From the NCBI GenBank assembly GCA_964019335.1, contig OZ025728.1:378377-442376 (forward strand): 64,000 nt of DNA. The letters run 5' to 3'. This DNA comes from Diplonema japonicum (lineage: Eukaryota > Protista > Euglenozoa: Diplonemea). Made by a program: the position numbers and the translations under genes. Under the pieces are notes generated by a model. The model was not told where the DNA came from. It saw nothing but the letters and a program-made list of their open reading frames with translations, and searched no databases. Shown piece after piece: positions 1 to 12,041 of the stretch; positions within the stretch are counted from its first letter, which is position 1, and each line of letters starts with the position of its first letter.

Positions 1-1308
1 ACGTGCTAGGAGCATCAGGCTTTTGTTCTCTGCTAACTTGTTGGCTTGCTTCTGGTGATCGATCTCCTGTTGTTTCTCAGAGATTAGATCTGCACCCGCA
101 ACCTGCGCTGCTTGCATGGACTTCCTTGTCTCGATAACTAGATCGTTGAGCTGCTCCAACTCCTCGTCTTTCTTCTCCATCATAGTCATCAGCTGTTTTC
201 TGTCCCTGTCTAGCTGCAGGTTGTTCTCCTTGCTTGTCCTGAGTGCTTCTTCACACACAGCCAGCACGTTCGCCGTCTTCACCTCGTTCTCCTTGCTCAT
301 GGCAACGTCTTCCTCAAGTCCTTCGATCTTCTGTTTCAGGTTTTCTTGGTCGCGGATGGCCTCCTCTAATGTCAGTTCGTTGTTTCTGTCGAGGCCTCTC
401 ATCACGTTGTCCAGCTGCTTCTTCAGCACTTCGATGTCGTTTAGAAGGATTTCGCGCTGCTGCTCACCTTCGCGCAAGGTGTGCATTCTAAACTTCAGTT
501 CCTGGTGCTGGTACTGGTAGGCTTCATAGAGGTCCTGAGCAACGGAGATCGGCACCAGCTCGTGGCCCAGCTTCTTGAAGCCAGCGACCTCCTTGATGAG
601 GGCTTCAACACGCTCGTCGACGTCACTTATGTCACGGACTTCATTCTTCGCAGGGACGGCGAAGGGTTGTGTCTTTGCCTCTTCCGTGACGGGGTTGATG
701 GCGAGAGGCGCAGCAGCAAGGGGCGCGGAGGTGGGTGTGTTGCTGAAGCCGGCTGCTGCAGCCATGCCCGTCTGCGTGGGATGGGGCGGGGGCGGGGGCG
801 CCTCGGAGATGGACGGCCGGTGGTCTGCTTCCCGCATGCTAGCAAAGGACATCCCAGGCCCCGTGTGCGTGCTATACACCCTGGGGCGGAGGCCCACAGA
901 GGTTTGCTTCTCCCAGGCAGCCTCCTCCTGCTGGAGTTCTTGCATCACACGGGTTTCCGCGTCCACGTTGTTAAAGCTAATGACACCTGTTTTCTTACTA
1001 CGCACTGGCGTCACATGTCTGTGTGTAGGACTCGGGCCCCCTATAGGTGAGCCTGACTGGTTGGGAGGTGCTGCTAAGGGCTTCCTGAAGAGCACAGACG
1101 TAGGGTTGCTGATGCTGTTGAGCCGCTCTAACATGTCCTTCTCGTCGATGGCGCTTCCAGCTCTTCCGTTACGCACGCTGCCTGTCTCGCTGGCTTCGGA
1201 ATAGTTGCTGCTCACCGGCTGGATTAGTCCTAATGGGAGCTTTTCCAAAGCATCCTCAGTAACGTAGGGGTTGTACCCACTGCTGAGGTAGCCTGTCTGC
1301 GTGTTCAT
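1..1308 (-). CDS. Hypothetical protein with C-terminal coiled coil (3' end outside window)
   Basis: Minus-strand frame from ATG 1308 (MNTQTGYLSSGYNPY...) in the same frame as an E/K/L/Q-rich helical segment (ILLNDIEVLKKQLDNVM); absent from the ORF track, consistent with running off the left edge. Confidence 0.7.
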   Translation of the reverse strand, partial: MNTQTGYLSSGYNPYVTEDALEKLPLGLIQPVSSNYSEASETGSVRNGRAGSAIDEKDMLERLNSISNPTSVLFRKPLAAPPNQSGSPIGGPSPTHRHVTPVRSKKTGVISFNNVDAETRVMQELQQEEAAWEKQTSVGLRPRVYSTHTGPGMSFASMREADHRPSISEAPPPPPHPTQTGMAAAAGFSNTPTSAPLAAAPLAINPVTEEAKTQPFAVPAKNEVRDISDVDERVEALIKEVAGFKKLGHELVPISVAQDLYEAYQYQHQELKFRMHTLREGEQQREILLNDIEVLKKQLDNVMRGLDRNNELTLEEAIRDQENLKQKIEGLEEDVAMSKENEVKTANVLAVCEEALRTSKENNLQLDRDRKQLMTMMEKKDEELEQLNDLVIETRKSMQAAQVAGADLISEKQQEIDHQKQANKLAENKSLMLLAR

Positions 1309-1842
1309 GTGGAGAAGATCAGCCCCCTCCACGCCCCCTCCCCTCCTGCTTGGAATGGTTCGACTCTTTGTTTATATTATTCATAGTTTCTAAAAACTGT
1401 TCACTTTTCAAAGTATGGGAACCAAAAGAGATGAAAAAAAAGGGGGGGGGAGGGCGGTGGAGTGTGGCGAACGAAAGGAAAGAAATGGATTGTTCCTTTT
1501 TCTTATTTTCTTTTTTTTTTTGTATTATCCATCCCCCCTTTTTTTTTTCTTTTTCGTTTCCTTTCCTTGGTTCCTTCTATGTACTCATACTTTGCAACCT
1601 AAAAATTTTAGGATTCTTTAGAACTTCTTAGGATTCGTTTTCACAGGGTTTTGTAAATGAAAAAAGCCGGAAGAGGGGGGGGGGGGGGGGTCCGTAACTT
1701 CACCTTGACTTGGAAAATAAAGTAAACAATCCTTTATAAAAAAAAAAGCCTCAAAAATCAAAAAAAAAAATTTTTTTTTGGCCAAAATCCTAAAATTCTA
1801 AAAAGTAGCCCTAAAAACTTTTATTGTTGCAAAGTACTCCAG

Positions 1843-1882
<40 letters not shown>

Positions 1883-1947
1883 GATCAGATCTTTCATTTC
1901 AATTGTTAGAGGTCGAACCTTCATCAACTAATCATGCAATCCATATC

Positions 1948-2544
1948 TCATCGTTTGTTACCTCCACGCACTATGTTCCAGGTGTCAGAGGAGGATGTAG
2001 AAGCGACCGAGTGGTCAGTTGGGACGAAGTGCAGAGACACTGCCGAGGGCTCTCTCTGGAGAGGCTCGAGCTGAGTAGGGGAACTGGAGGTGTGTGTAAG
2101 GTGGTCCAAAGTGTCCATTGTCAGACTCCCATCGAAGGTAGGCTCATTGACAGACTGGGTCTGCTGAAGGAGGGAACTTGATGATGGCTCACGCTTAGGA
2201 GGTGGTGAGGGGAGGGTGTTCTCGAACTCCGCTTTTCTCTTAGAATATACAGACTCGAGCTCACTGAGAACCCCTCCGTCTTCGGCTTGAGTTCCTACCT
2301 CTTCCTCCTCTTCTTCTTCCTCTTCTTCTTCTTCTTCCTCTTCTCCTGCCATTTCTTCCATATATCGTTTTCGTTCCTCCTTCTCTTCCTGCCGTTGTTC
2401 TACCCTTTTATCTGCCAGCCACCACAACCTCACACCCAACCCTATAATAAAGCCCCCAAGGAGCATTACAACCCCCACCCACATGACAGTCACGGTCTCC
2501 CATAACCGCACCTCGTACTCAGGCGAAGTTACGGGATCGCTCAT
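1948..2544 (-). CDS. Hypothetical single-pass membrane protein with acidic tract
   Basis: ATG after a poly(A) leader (MSDPVTSPEY), hydrophobic VMWVGVVMLLGGFIIGLGV, then poly-E. Confidence 0.65.
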   Translation of the reverse strand: MSDPVTSPEYEVRLWETVTVMWVGVVMLLGGFIIGLGVRLWWLADKRVEQRQEEKEERKRYMEEMAGEEEEEEEEEEEEEEEVGTQAEDGGVLSELESVYSKRKAEFENTLPSPPPKREPSSSSLLQQTQSVNEPTFDGSLTMDTLDHLTHTSSSPTQLEPLQREPSAVSLHFVPTDHSVASTSSSDTWNIVRGGNKR

Positions 2545-2580
<36 letters not shown>

Positions 2581-3165
2581 GAATTCTCCTTTTTTTTCCT
2601 TCCCCACCCCCCTCCTCCAATGGCTGTTTTTTTGTTGTGATTTGAATTTTTTCTTCTTTTTTTTTTCCCTTGCTTTTTGCCGTCATTAATAATTTTTCAA
2701 AAAAAAAAAAGAATAATAATAATATAAAAGGCACGAAGCTTTTTGTTTTTCTTTCTTTTTTAATCAGGAAGGAAGGGGGGGGGGAAAGAAGGAATAAAAT
2801 AAGGGAAGAAGAAGGGGGGAGGGAGAGAAAGGAGAGACATTAGAGGACACGAGGCATCGGTTCACAACAGGGAGTGGGGAGGTGGGGGGTCCTCCTCTTT
2901 TTTTTCTTTTTCGCGTGTAAATTAGATGGGGGAGAAAAAAAAACATGATTTCTGTAAATGAAAAGTTTTTTTCTAAGGTTTCTTTTTTTTATATAAAAAA
3001 GCAAATGGTCTTCACCCCCCCCCCCCCCCCCCCTCTTCCATTTGTTCTTCTTTTTTTTTCTTCTTCTTATTCAAATGCAATATGGTTTAAAAAAAAAAAG
3101 AGAAAAAAAAGAGAATGATTATAAATTTGTAACACTTTGTGCTGGGTAAAAGAAACTTTATCATT

Positions 3166-3196
<31 letters not shown>

Positions 3197-3214
3197 CTTC
3201 TCTTTTTTTTTTCC

Positions 3215-3817
3215 TTATCTGACGAACCTTGAACCAATGCAGTTTGACAAGATGGTGTTGTGGGGAGGAGGAAGGAGGTCCCAACTTACCGTGTTCCGTG
3301 AGGGGGACACGGCATCTGAAGTGTCGGTTTGCCACGAAGTTGTAGAAGACTCTGAACACACGTCCCAATCGATGACCGAGCGCTGCACACTGCAACGGGG
3401 AGTCACCGTGACCTTAAGGTCCTGCCACATTTCTGATTCTTGCAGGGTGAGCCGGAGTCTGGATGCTATTTCAGAACGGAGCAAGACAGATGCCTCCAAG
3501 GCCAGACAGGCCTCGCGTTGTGCGTACAGCATCTCTTTTAGGATAAGTACCTTTCTTGTTTCTTCCATTCCCTGCCCAAGAGCCATTTTTTGTTCGAGAG
3601 CCCAGAGATCGCAGTCTCTGCCGATCACCTCCATCTTCAATTTTTCTATTTCTTTTTCCTTCTCAAGCTTCCAGTTCCCGTCCTCGTCGCCCGACATGCA
3701 GTCCTTGAACTGTATTTCCTCTTCTTGGCTCGACTGTCCCTCCGTGCTGCCGTCCACCTCCTCTCGGTAGCAGCTTGAGTCATCGTCACTCAGGCAGGCC
3801 AGGTGGCGGATTTCCAT
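3215..3817 (-). CDS. Hypothetical protein (3' end uncertain, may be spliced)
   Basis: GC-rich open frame from MEIRHLACLS between A/T-rich spacers; same strand as neighbours. Confidence 0.5.
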   Translation of the reverse strand: MEIRHLACLSDDDSSCYREEVDGSTEGQSSQEEEIQFKDCMSGDEDGNWKLEKEKEIEKLKMEVIGRDCDLWALEQKMALGQGMEETRKVLILKEMLYAQREACLALEASVLLRSEIASRLRLTLQESEMWQDLKVTVTPRCSVQRSVIDWDVCSESSTTSWQTDTSDAVSPSRNTVSWDLLPPPHNTILSNCIGSRFVR

Positions 3818-4463
3818 TTTTTTTTTTTTAATGTGTAATTCTTTTGTTTTTGTTTTTGTTTTTGCACGAATAGAAATGGGTAAAAAAAAGAAAAAGAAAC
3901 GAGAAGAAAAAAAACAGGGGGGGGGGCAAAAAAAATTCAGTAGAAAACCATGTACGTTACTCATTCCACGCGTGACCCTTATTTCCCACTGCTCTGTACG
4001 ATGTACGACTCATTTTCAACAACCGGTTTCTTGTCTTGGTCGCGGTTTTAACAAAAGATTTTTGCTCAGAAGAAAAAAAAAAAGAAGAAGAAGAAGAAGA
4101 AAAACAGTGTCCAGAAAGGGGAGGGAAATCTTTTTTTCTTCTTTTCTTCTGAAACTGAGCAAAAGGGGGACCATGACAAACAAAAAAAAAAAAAAAAAAA
4201 AAAAAAAAAGAAACCAATTATTGCTGCGAAGAGGGAGGGCTAGGGATAATACCTTACCGTTTTTTTTTTTTTTTTTTTTTTCCCTCAATTTTTTTCTCTT
4301 TTTATTATCCAATGAGGACATTGCGAGGCTGTTCTTTGTGAAGCAAGAGCAAATACAAATTGGAAAAAAAAAGGGGGGGAGATAAAACAAACAATAAAAC
4401 AAAAACAAAAATAGACGTTTGAATGGAAAAAAAAAAGGGGGGGGGAAACACAAGCGCCCCTCC

Positions 4464-5666
4464 CTAAAGTTTGCTGGGCTTGTACTCCGTTCTGAACCAG
4501 TGGAGAAGGTTGACCATCTTGGCACGAACAGTTTTCCTCATTTCAGCATTGGTCTTAGCGTTGGCCTCTGCACTGTGCTCCCTGGCGATGGTGTAGTAGT
4601 AACCGATGTCGTTCTGCATCTGTGCTGTGTAGGTGGTACCGTCGTTGAGCACGTTGGGCGTGCTGAGCACCTTCAGGAGGCCCTCGTTGTTGGCACCGCT
4701 CTGCCCAATGCTGCGCATGCCGTCGTTGGCTGTCTTCCTGCGCCCGTCTGTGATGGGCTCCCAGTTGTCGAAGTTTGTCTCGAGCCTGTACCAGGCACCG
4801 TTCGAAGTGTCGATGGGCCAGTACCCACGTCCAGTGCCTGATGCCGCAGATGTCCCGTTTCTGTCTCTAGTGATGACCACACCGTCGCCCTTCTCCACAC
4901 CGCCCACAATGAGGTACGCAGGTGCCGGGATAGGCTTCGCCCCCAGAAGCTTCGTTGCTGCGGTGAAGTTAGCCTCCGTGTACAGAGCGTCCCTCAGCGT
5001 GAAGCCCACGTTCTGCGTGCCCGCACGGAGCTCCTTGATGGTGTCCTCGTATGGAATCACGGACTTGCCGTAGAACCTTTGGTCCAAAGAGATAGACCAT
5101 TCTGCACGGTTTGGTGTCTCGAAGTGCTGTCCTGTGAGGACCCCGCAGTAGCCGATGTACATGGTGTTCGAGGACACCTTCTTCCCGTTCTTCACGAAGT
5201 CGATCGTCGCCGTGAAGTTCTGCAGCCCCGGCAGCCCGTAGTCGAGGTTCCTGGAGTGGAACATGGTCCCGTTAGTGTTCTCTGCCACGATCGACGTGCA
5301 CGCGTCCTCCACCTCGTAGAACAGCTGCACCATTGTCATCTGACCTCTGGTCCACTCGGGGTGGCCGTTCTCGACTATGAGCTCGTGGAAGGCAAGGATC
5401 TCCTCCTGGTAGAAGGTGGGGTAGCCGAGGAAGATCTCGTCCCACAAGGGGTCCGTCTCCTTCCACTCCTCTTCTGTGAGGACGGCCGTTAGGAAGTTGT
5501 GCAGCGGGCCCCACACATTCTCGTACCCGTGCTTTGCCAGCAGGTAGTTCACGACAGGGGTGTACCTTTGCTTGGGGGACTGGTCCAAGTCCATCGCGAA
5601 CCGAGGGGCTATGAAGTCGGCAGAGGCGGTGACCAGGACGGCCATCAGGGCGACGGTGCGCAGCAT
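4464..5666 (-). CDS. Acid ceramidase / N-acylethanolamine acid amidase-like Ntn hydrolase
   Basis: Signal peptide MLRTVALMAVLVTASA; CTSIVA nucleophile motif, HSRNLDY, GVLTG, YLIVGG...GVVITRDR, ETNFDNW typical of the ASAH1/NAAA family. Confidence 0.9.
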   Translation of the reverse strand: MLRTVALMAVLVTASADFIAPRFAMDLDQSPKQRYTPVVNYLLAKHGYENVWGPLHNFLTAVLTEEEWKETDPLWDEIFLGYPTFYQEEILAFHELIVENGHPEWTRGQMTMVQLFYEVEDACTSIVAENTNGTMFHSRNLDYGLPGLQNFTATIDFVKNGKKVSSNTMYIGYCGVLTGQHFETPNRAEWSISLDQRFYGKSVIPYEDTIKELRAGTQNVGFTLRDALYTEANFTAATKLLGAKPIPAPAYLIVGGVEKGDGVVITRDRNGTSAASGTGRGYWPIDTSNGAWYRLETNFDNWEPITDGRRKTANDGMRSIGQSGANNEGLLKVLSTPNVLNDGTTYTAQMQNDIGYYYTIAREHSAEANAKTNAEMRKTVRAKMVNLLHWFRTEYKPSKL

Positions 5667-5751
5667 TTTAATATTTCCTGGGAGTGTTGCGATTTTTTTT
5701 TTTTTTGTATTTTTTTTCTTAAAATATAGACCACTAACACCACCCCTCTCC

Positions 5752-6369
5752 TCACGACACCCTTGCGAACATGCCGGAGCATTCTGCGCTCTCCTCGTTG
5801 CAGTCTGCCGTCGTTGGGCCACACCACATGACAGCTGTTGACAAGCTTGGGTCAGGCGGGCCCTCGGCCTTAGCCAGGTTCATAATAAAGGTGTCAGCAC
5901 GTAAGCGCTTCCCCCTTGAGGTGTACACGAAGCACCCTGTAGGCTCCTTGGTGAATGGGGCGTTGCCGGTATCAGCAGAGCTTGCTGGTTCTTCGTGGTG
6001 AGTGTCCCAAAGGACGAAGGCAGCCGCCTTCAATGAGATATGGGGCACAGGAGGTTCCTCCTGTAAGGGGCTTTCTGTGCAGGAGGTCATGTAGCCCCGT
6101 TTCGTGGCTGGCTTCACACGAGACTGAACAGGTGGTGATGGAGGCAGTGGGGGTGGTGGCTTCGCAGTGCAGACGGCTTCGCAACCCACATTCTCCACCA
6201 GGCTGGCAAGGGTCTCATCCCTTGTTGCCCCAAGAACCCTGTTCACAGCAAAGGCAACATCCTTCCCTGTCACTGTGCTTCTTCCCTTGCATGCTGTGAT
6301 CAGCTTTAACTGCTTCAACAAAATATCTTTTGCACTGCTTACGTCATTGGGCAGAGATGGGGGGTGCAT
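5752..6369 (-). CDS. Hypothetical protein with a histone H4-like loop2/helix3 motif
   Basis: Open frame from MHPPSLPND; KGRSTVTGKDVAFAVNR resembles H4 AKRKTVTAMDVVYALKR. Confidence 0.5.
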   Translation of the reverse strand: MHPPSLPNDVSSAKDILLKQLKLITACKGRSTVTGKDVAFAVNRVLGATRDETLASLVENVGCEAVCTAKPPPPLPPSPPVQSRVKPATKRGYMTSCTESPLQEEPPVPHISLKAAAFVLWDTHHEEPASSADTGNAPFTKEPTGCFVYTSRGKRLRADTFIMNLAKAEGPPDPSLSTAVMWCGPTTADCNEESAECSGMFARVS

Positions 6370-7250
6370 CCTGTGGTGGGTAGCAAGGCAAACAAAAAAA
6401 AAGGGGGTGAAGAAAATAGTTGAAGGAAAGCCTGGAGAAAAGCCTTGAAGCCGAGTGAATGTCCAGCTCATGAAATGAAAGATGGGGGAAAGAGAAATTC
6501 AATATTTTCACTTTTAGACGGCGGAGGTTCCTGTTCGTGCTTTATATATATATATATATATATATATATCGCCAGTGGAAAAAAAAAAAATGAGAGAGGT
6601 GACAAAAGACCAGACAATATGCATTAACTATCGAGCCCGATACCGAAGCCTACTGCAAGCGGCGGCGTGGAATCACCTGCAACCCATGCAAAGCAACAAG
6701 AACATCATGTTAAGAAGGGAAAAAAGCTGAGAGGATTCGAAACTGAGCGCGTTACCGTGGAAGGGGGGGGGGGGGGGGGGGATCATATTCTGAACAGAGC
6801 TGAAGAAGAAAGAAAACAAAAAAACTTCTTTCAGAAGAAAGAAGCACCGCCCATCACGTCTTGGTGACTGAAGGCAAGCTTCGGGATACAGTCTGCCGTC
6901 TGGAGACGGTAGGTCTGCGGTTAGACGTGGTGGTGTTCCTTCTCACTGGGGAGGCAGGGGTGGCGGGCTCAGTCGACTCGGGGGACTTCGGCACCTGAGG
7001 AGGCATCGACTGTGTGTAGTTGGTAAAGTCAAACATGTAATTTCAGGCGGGGGGGGCATGCTTGCAAACATGGATGTAAAACAAAAATTATTCCATTCCA
7101 CCTTTGTATTCTCGTTTGAATCTAAAAAGCCTTACTTTTCACTTTAAGCCCCCTTGGGATAGGGGCTCAAGTTTTCTGGGGGAAATTTGCCTTTACCCTC
7201 CCCCCTTTTTTATTTGCGTTTTCATTCTTTTTTTTTTTTTTTTTTTTTTT

Positions 7251-8378
7251 TCATGTACACACCCACAAACTGCTTGGTGTGATATGTCTTTCATGTTTGC
7301 TTTTCAAGAAAGGCGCCTGTGCTGTTTGTTTGGGCAAGACAGGAGGGTAGATCTCACCGCCCCCGTCACCTCCCCGCCGTGCTTGCTGGCGGCGTTTGGA
7401 GACACCCGGCACTGACTCGGGACCTGTTTGCATCTCGTTACGAAGGGACTGTGAAAACCTTGGGCCGGAGGTGTACAGCGGTGTGACGAAGTAGGTGAGG
7501 AGGTTGGGCTGTGTGTGCAGGAGGTGGTACAGCATGGCGGGCTCCATGGTGGTCTCGTCTATTGAGAACAGAGGGTTGCCTTGTGCGTTCTTCGCGGACG
7601 TCACAATGCTCATCAGTGCTACAGATCGTTCGTCGTGCAGACGCTCCGGCTGCGCCTCCTTCGAGGCCTGGCTCAGGGGCACGTTGTACGGCGTGCCGCT
7701 CGACATGATGAGGTTTTTTGTGATCTTCCCTATCTTGTCCTTGTCCTCTGCCTCTGTGAAGGGGTTTGCCTCGTTGTCAAGCGTGACCTTTGGCAGCTCG
7801 TTGGAGTCTTCCAAGTACTGGATGGGGTTGGATGCAAACTCACGCTTTGCAACAGACGACTTCCGCACGGCCTGCAGGAAGCGCTTGGTCGTCTCCTTCA
7901 ACTTGAACGGCTTAGCGGAGGGCGACGTGGACAGTGCCGGTAGGGCTGCCATCTTCATCGAAGCGTGCTTCAAGATCGGCGTCTTCCGCTCAGCAGGATT
8001 GAATATGTCGGGCAGCACAGGACTGCTTGGCGATAGGGGGCTGCTGTGATTGCTATCGCTGTCGTGTGGTTCCTCTTTGTCTTCTTTCTCATCATCGTCG
8101 CTTATGATGTCCGACGCATAGCTGTCAGTGCTGCTCTCCCAGTCCGTGCGGTGCTTTCCCTTTGACCATGACTGTCGTGCTTGCCGCAGGTACTGATGTA
8201 GAACGGGTGTTTCCTCTTTCTTCTCTTCTTCTTCCTTCTGCTCGATCGGGGGCAGGCACAAGTCCCCGCTTTCCTTTTTCTTGAGGTTGCTCCCCGTTGG
8301 CTTGGTTTTGCTCTTCTTCGCACCAAACGCCGATGCCCTCCTGCCCATCTTCCCGCGTGGTGCCCTTCGAGGCGGCAT
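7251..8378 (-). CDS. Hypothetical low-complexity protein
   Basis: Long open frame from MPPRRAPRGK with coding-like composition; 6854-7036 may be a further exon. Confidence 0.6.
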   Translation of the reverse strand: MPPRRAPRGKMGRRASAFGAKKSKTKPTGSNLKKKESGDLCLPPIEQKEEEEKKEETPVLHQYLRQARQSWSKGKHRTDWESSTDSYASDIISDDDEKEDKEEPHDSDSNHSSPLSPSSPVLPDIFNPAERKTPILKHASMKMAALPALSTSPSAKPFKLKETTKRFLQAVRKSSVAKREFASNPIQYLEDSNELPKVTLDNEANPFTEAEDKDKIGKITKNLIMSSGTPYNVPLSQASKEAQPERLHDERSVALMSIVTSAKNAQGNPLFSIDETTMEPAMLYHLLHTQPNLLTYFVTPLYTSGPRFSQSLRNEMQTGPESVPGVSKRRQQARRGGDGGGEIYPPVLPKQTAQAPFLKSKHERHITPSSLWVCT

Positions 8379-9401
8379 TGCTTCTCTACCCAACCCCTCC
8401 TTGCTTGATGTGGTATGTAATATTGAACGTAGCAAAGCAAGAACCGGGCCAAATGGGCACGTGGGGAGGGGGGGGGGGGGGGGGGGGATAATTGTGATGC
8501 GGTAAAAAGGGGGAAGAAGAAATGGGAGTCGGGGAAGAGGTTGGATTTGAAAACTAAATAAAGTAGAGGGGACAAGGAGTGCATACGACTTGATGCCTTT
8601 TTTTTTTTTCTTAAGAATCCCAGTCGTGCACCGCATGTTCGTTTCACACTAAGTATCACTATTTTTTTTTTTTTCCCGCTTTTTTTTTCTTTTTGTTACA
8701 AATATGTATCTTTCAAAAAAAAAACGAATTTACCACTATATGCGATTTGTGCTGAGCAAAAAATTTGCTTGTGCGAACAACAGCAAAAGAATAATGCCGA
8801 AAACAACCAGGCGGATGGAAGAATCCCGCCTCCCCGCCTCCGCTCCCGACCCCCTTGAAGAAGTCGAGGTTGGACTACCTTCGAAAGGTTATCTCCAAGA
8901 GCTCAGTTGCTCCCGCCGCAAGATAAAGCATACGGAGGGAGCTGCGGGAGGGCAGGCCACGAACAACAAAGACATATAGTTATAAATAATTATTTTTTTT
9001 TTATTTTGATTATCTTTTTTTTTTCTTCCTTTTTTTATATTTTTTTTTCTTTTTCTTGCTCACGTGCAGCACTGCAATGGATGAGGACAAGGAACAGGGT
9101 GGAAGAGGGAAGGTTTTCTTCACTTTTTTTTTTCTTTTTTTTTTTTTGTTTTATTTTCCCTTTTTCTTCTTCTTCCCCCCCGTCCCCATCACTCATTTAG
9201 AGGCGCACAACAATAGTTATTTTTGGTTTCCCTTTTTTTTTTTCCCCTCCCTCTCTCTCCTTCCCTCCATTCCATTTCTTGGCGAGTAAGATGGATAGAG
9301 TTGAAAAATGCCGCATAAGGGGGGAGGCGAGGGGGAAAGAAAAAAAAAAAGAAAAAAAAGAGCAAGCAAACAGTTTTTTTTCCTCTCATTTCCCCCCCTT
9401 C

Positions 9402-9449
9402 CTAGTGCCTAGGGGCGGCAGCATTCTGGATGAACGGCAGGGAGACGCT

Positions 9450-9493
<44 letters not shown>

Positions 9494-11044
9494 CCATACT
9501 GGTGCCCGAAGAGATCGTGCACGGAGGGAAGCTTGTAGTGCCTCATGGCCACCCTCTCAAGCCCAAGGCCCCACGCGATGACGGTCACGTCTTCAGGGAG
9601 GCCCATAGGTCGAAGCATCTCGGGCCTGAAGACGCCAGAGTTTCCAATCTCGATGATCTTCCCGCTCTCGGTGACGGTGTGCACCTCCATGGAGGGCTCG
9701 GTGTAGGGGTTGAAGGCAGGCTTGAACTTCAGGTTCTTGACGCCGACACGCTCGAAGAAGGAGCTCAGTAGCGCCATCATGTTGGAGAGAGACAGGCCGT
9801 AGTCGATGACAAAGCCTTCCATCTGGTGGAACTCGCACAGATGGGTCTTGTCCATTGTCTCGTTCCTGAACACTCTGTCGATGGAGAAGAAAGCACCTGT
9901 CTGCAGCTTGCCCGTCTTCTGGTACTCCTGCCCGATCTGGTACAGGGTGTACGAGGACACGGCCGTCGTGTGCGTTCTCAACACGTTCCTCTCCGTCTCG
10001 TCTCTCGACCACTGGTAGCGGTACCCCGTGGATCCGAAGTCACCGGTTTCATGGATTTTTTTAGTAAGCTGCACATAGTCCTCCGGGTGGTCCTTTGTGG
10101 TGGCAGGGTGCGTCACAAAGAACGTGTCCTGTGAGTCCCTCGCAGGGTGCTTCTGCGGGACGAACAGCGTGTCGAAGTTCCAGAAGGATGAGTCCACGAA
10201 CCTCGATGTGTCCATCTCTTGGAAACCCAGTTCCAGGAAGATCTCTCTGTACTGCTGTCGAAGTTTCATGAGGGGGTGCAGGTTGCCGCCTACGTTCTTC
10301 CTCCCTTCCGCGTTCACGTTGACAGGCTTCATGTCCAGCAGCTTGTTGGACTTCTGCATCTCTGCGAGCTTCGCGGCGTCGAAGTCTGCAGGCTGCTTGA
10401 TCCTCCACGACCTCTTCTCAATGTCGTCTGCGGCAGGGAAGTTCCCCCCACGCACCACCTTGTAGAAGGAAACGTCTGACGCAACACACACTTTCCTTGA
10501 CTTCAGCTTTGCTGCGATGGCCACCAGCTCTTCAATAGGCGCCGATCCTTCTGCGATCTGTAGTGTTGATTGGTATTTGTGTGTTTTTTTTCCCCTTTTT
10601 TCATACCATCTTAAGGCCTGTGCCCACTGAGTCGGTCCATGCTCCTGCCTTGTCTGTGGGTGCGTAGACGCCCTCTTTGATCGAGATAATCTTCTCCTTC
10701 ATGCAGACCTTCAACCCGTTGGTCACGAGGGTCGCATCCCCGGCATTTTTTGCCACCAGCTCGTCCTTTGTTGCTGGGCCGGCTTTCAGCACTTCCATCA
10801 CCTTCCCCTCCGGAGTCCCCTTTTCCAGGTATGTCTTTCCCTCCGGAGTGAGCTTTACAATTTTCTTCTTTACGGGTGCGTCGCCTCTCGAGATGTAGTC
10901 TTTAGTGGCGAGGCTTCCCAGCACACCCACCACCGCCTGGTGGTCCACCCCGTGCTTCGCTGCGAAGTCCAATGAGTTCTCGATAACTTCTTCTTTACTC
11001 AGCTGTTTCACTAGCTCATAGTCGATCTCCAGTTTCGCTGCCAT
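9402..11044 (-). CDS. FARSA: Phenylalanyl-tRNA synthetase alpha subunit, cytosolic type; exons 11044-10607, 10557-9500, 9447-9402
   Basis: Motifs [84 protein letters not shown] introns 10558-10606 and 9448-9499 restore the frame and give the C-terminus [20 protein letters not shown]. Confidence 0.95.
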
Positions 11045-11396
11045 TTTGTCTCCGTAATTCCTCTTCGCAAAAAATATGCTTCGCGACAGCGCCAACGGTG
11101 GGAGTAGTGCCCTCCTGAACGTCTTTGCTCTTTATTTCTCTCTTCTTCCTCCCTCCCCTCTGTTAATTCTCTTTTTTTTTTTTTTTTTTTTTCTTCTCCG
11201 AATAGAACCAGCGAAAAAGAGAGTAATAAAAAATGATATAACACAACACCAATAGTGCTGACGGGATTATATGTAGAAAGGAGGGTAGGGGGTGTCGCGA
11301 AAAAAAACGGATGGGGGGGGGGGGGGGGGGGATCAAAGAAAAGGCTCGGAAAGGCCTTCTTTTTCCTTCTTCTCGTCAAAACCCGGCTTCGCTTTT

Positions 11397-11532
11397 TCAC
11401 TTTGCGAGGAACGAATCTACCTCGTCTTGGATGGCTTGGAGGGCAACCACGAACTGCTTTCTTTTCTGCTTTGCTTCCAAGTCACTAGGCGGGATGATGA
11501 GTGTGTCGAGGGACTCCAGTACGTGTTGACAG

Positions 11533-11570
<38 letters not shown>

Positions 11571-11919
11571 AAAAACATACCTCACCCACACCAGCGGTCA
11601 GCTTTCGGTCCCCGTCTGCATTGCTCAAATCTCTTTTTATTTTGGCGAGTTTTTCTTCAAACGGTCCGAAAATCCCTTTGCTCTCGCCTTTGGTTGCCGC
11701 GGCTCCAAGCACCATCAGCTTGTCGTTCACCACCAACCCCAACGGCTCCAACTTCATGTCCGCGTTCAAAGTCTTCCCTTTGTACACAATCTTCTGCTTC
11801 TCCACGGGGACATTGAACTGCTTCCACGCAACATCCATCACGCTCAGCACTGTGTCCTTCGTGTCCACATCGATGCCCAACCGCCTCTTGTTATGGACCA
11901 GTATCACATGCACAATCAT
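11397..11919 (-). CDS. Ubiquitin-like + BAG domain co-chaperone (BAG1-like); intron 11535-11580
   Basis: UBL (VPVEKQKIVYKGKTL) joined in frame across GTATGT...AAG to a BAG-like helix (LESLDTL...KQKRKQFVVALQAIQDEVD). Confidence 0.75.
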
Positions 11920-12041
11920 GGTATGCCGAGGCCTGGTTGAGGTGTGGTGGTTGCATAGCAAAGAAAAAAAATTAGAAAATGGGGGTGGGGACTATTTTAG
12001 TGTAAATCTCTCTCTTTTTTTTTTTTTTTTTTTACCCATTT

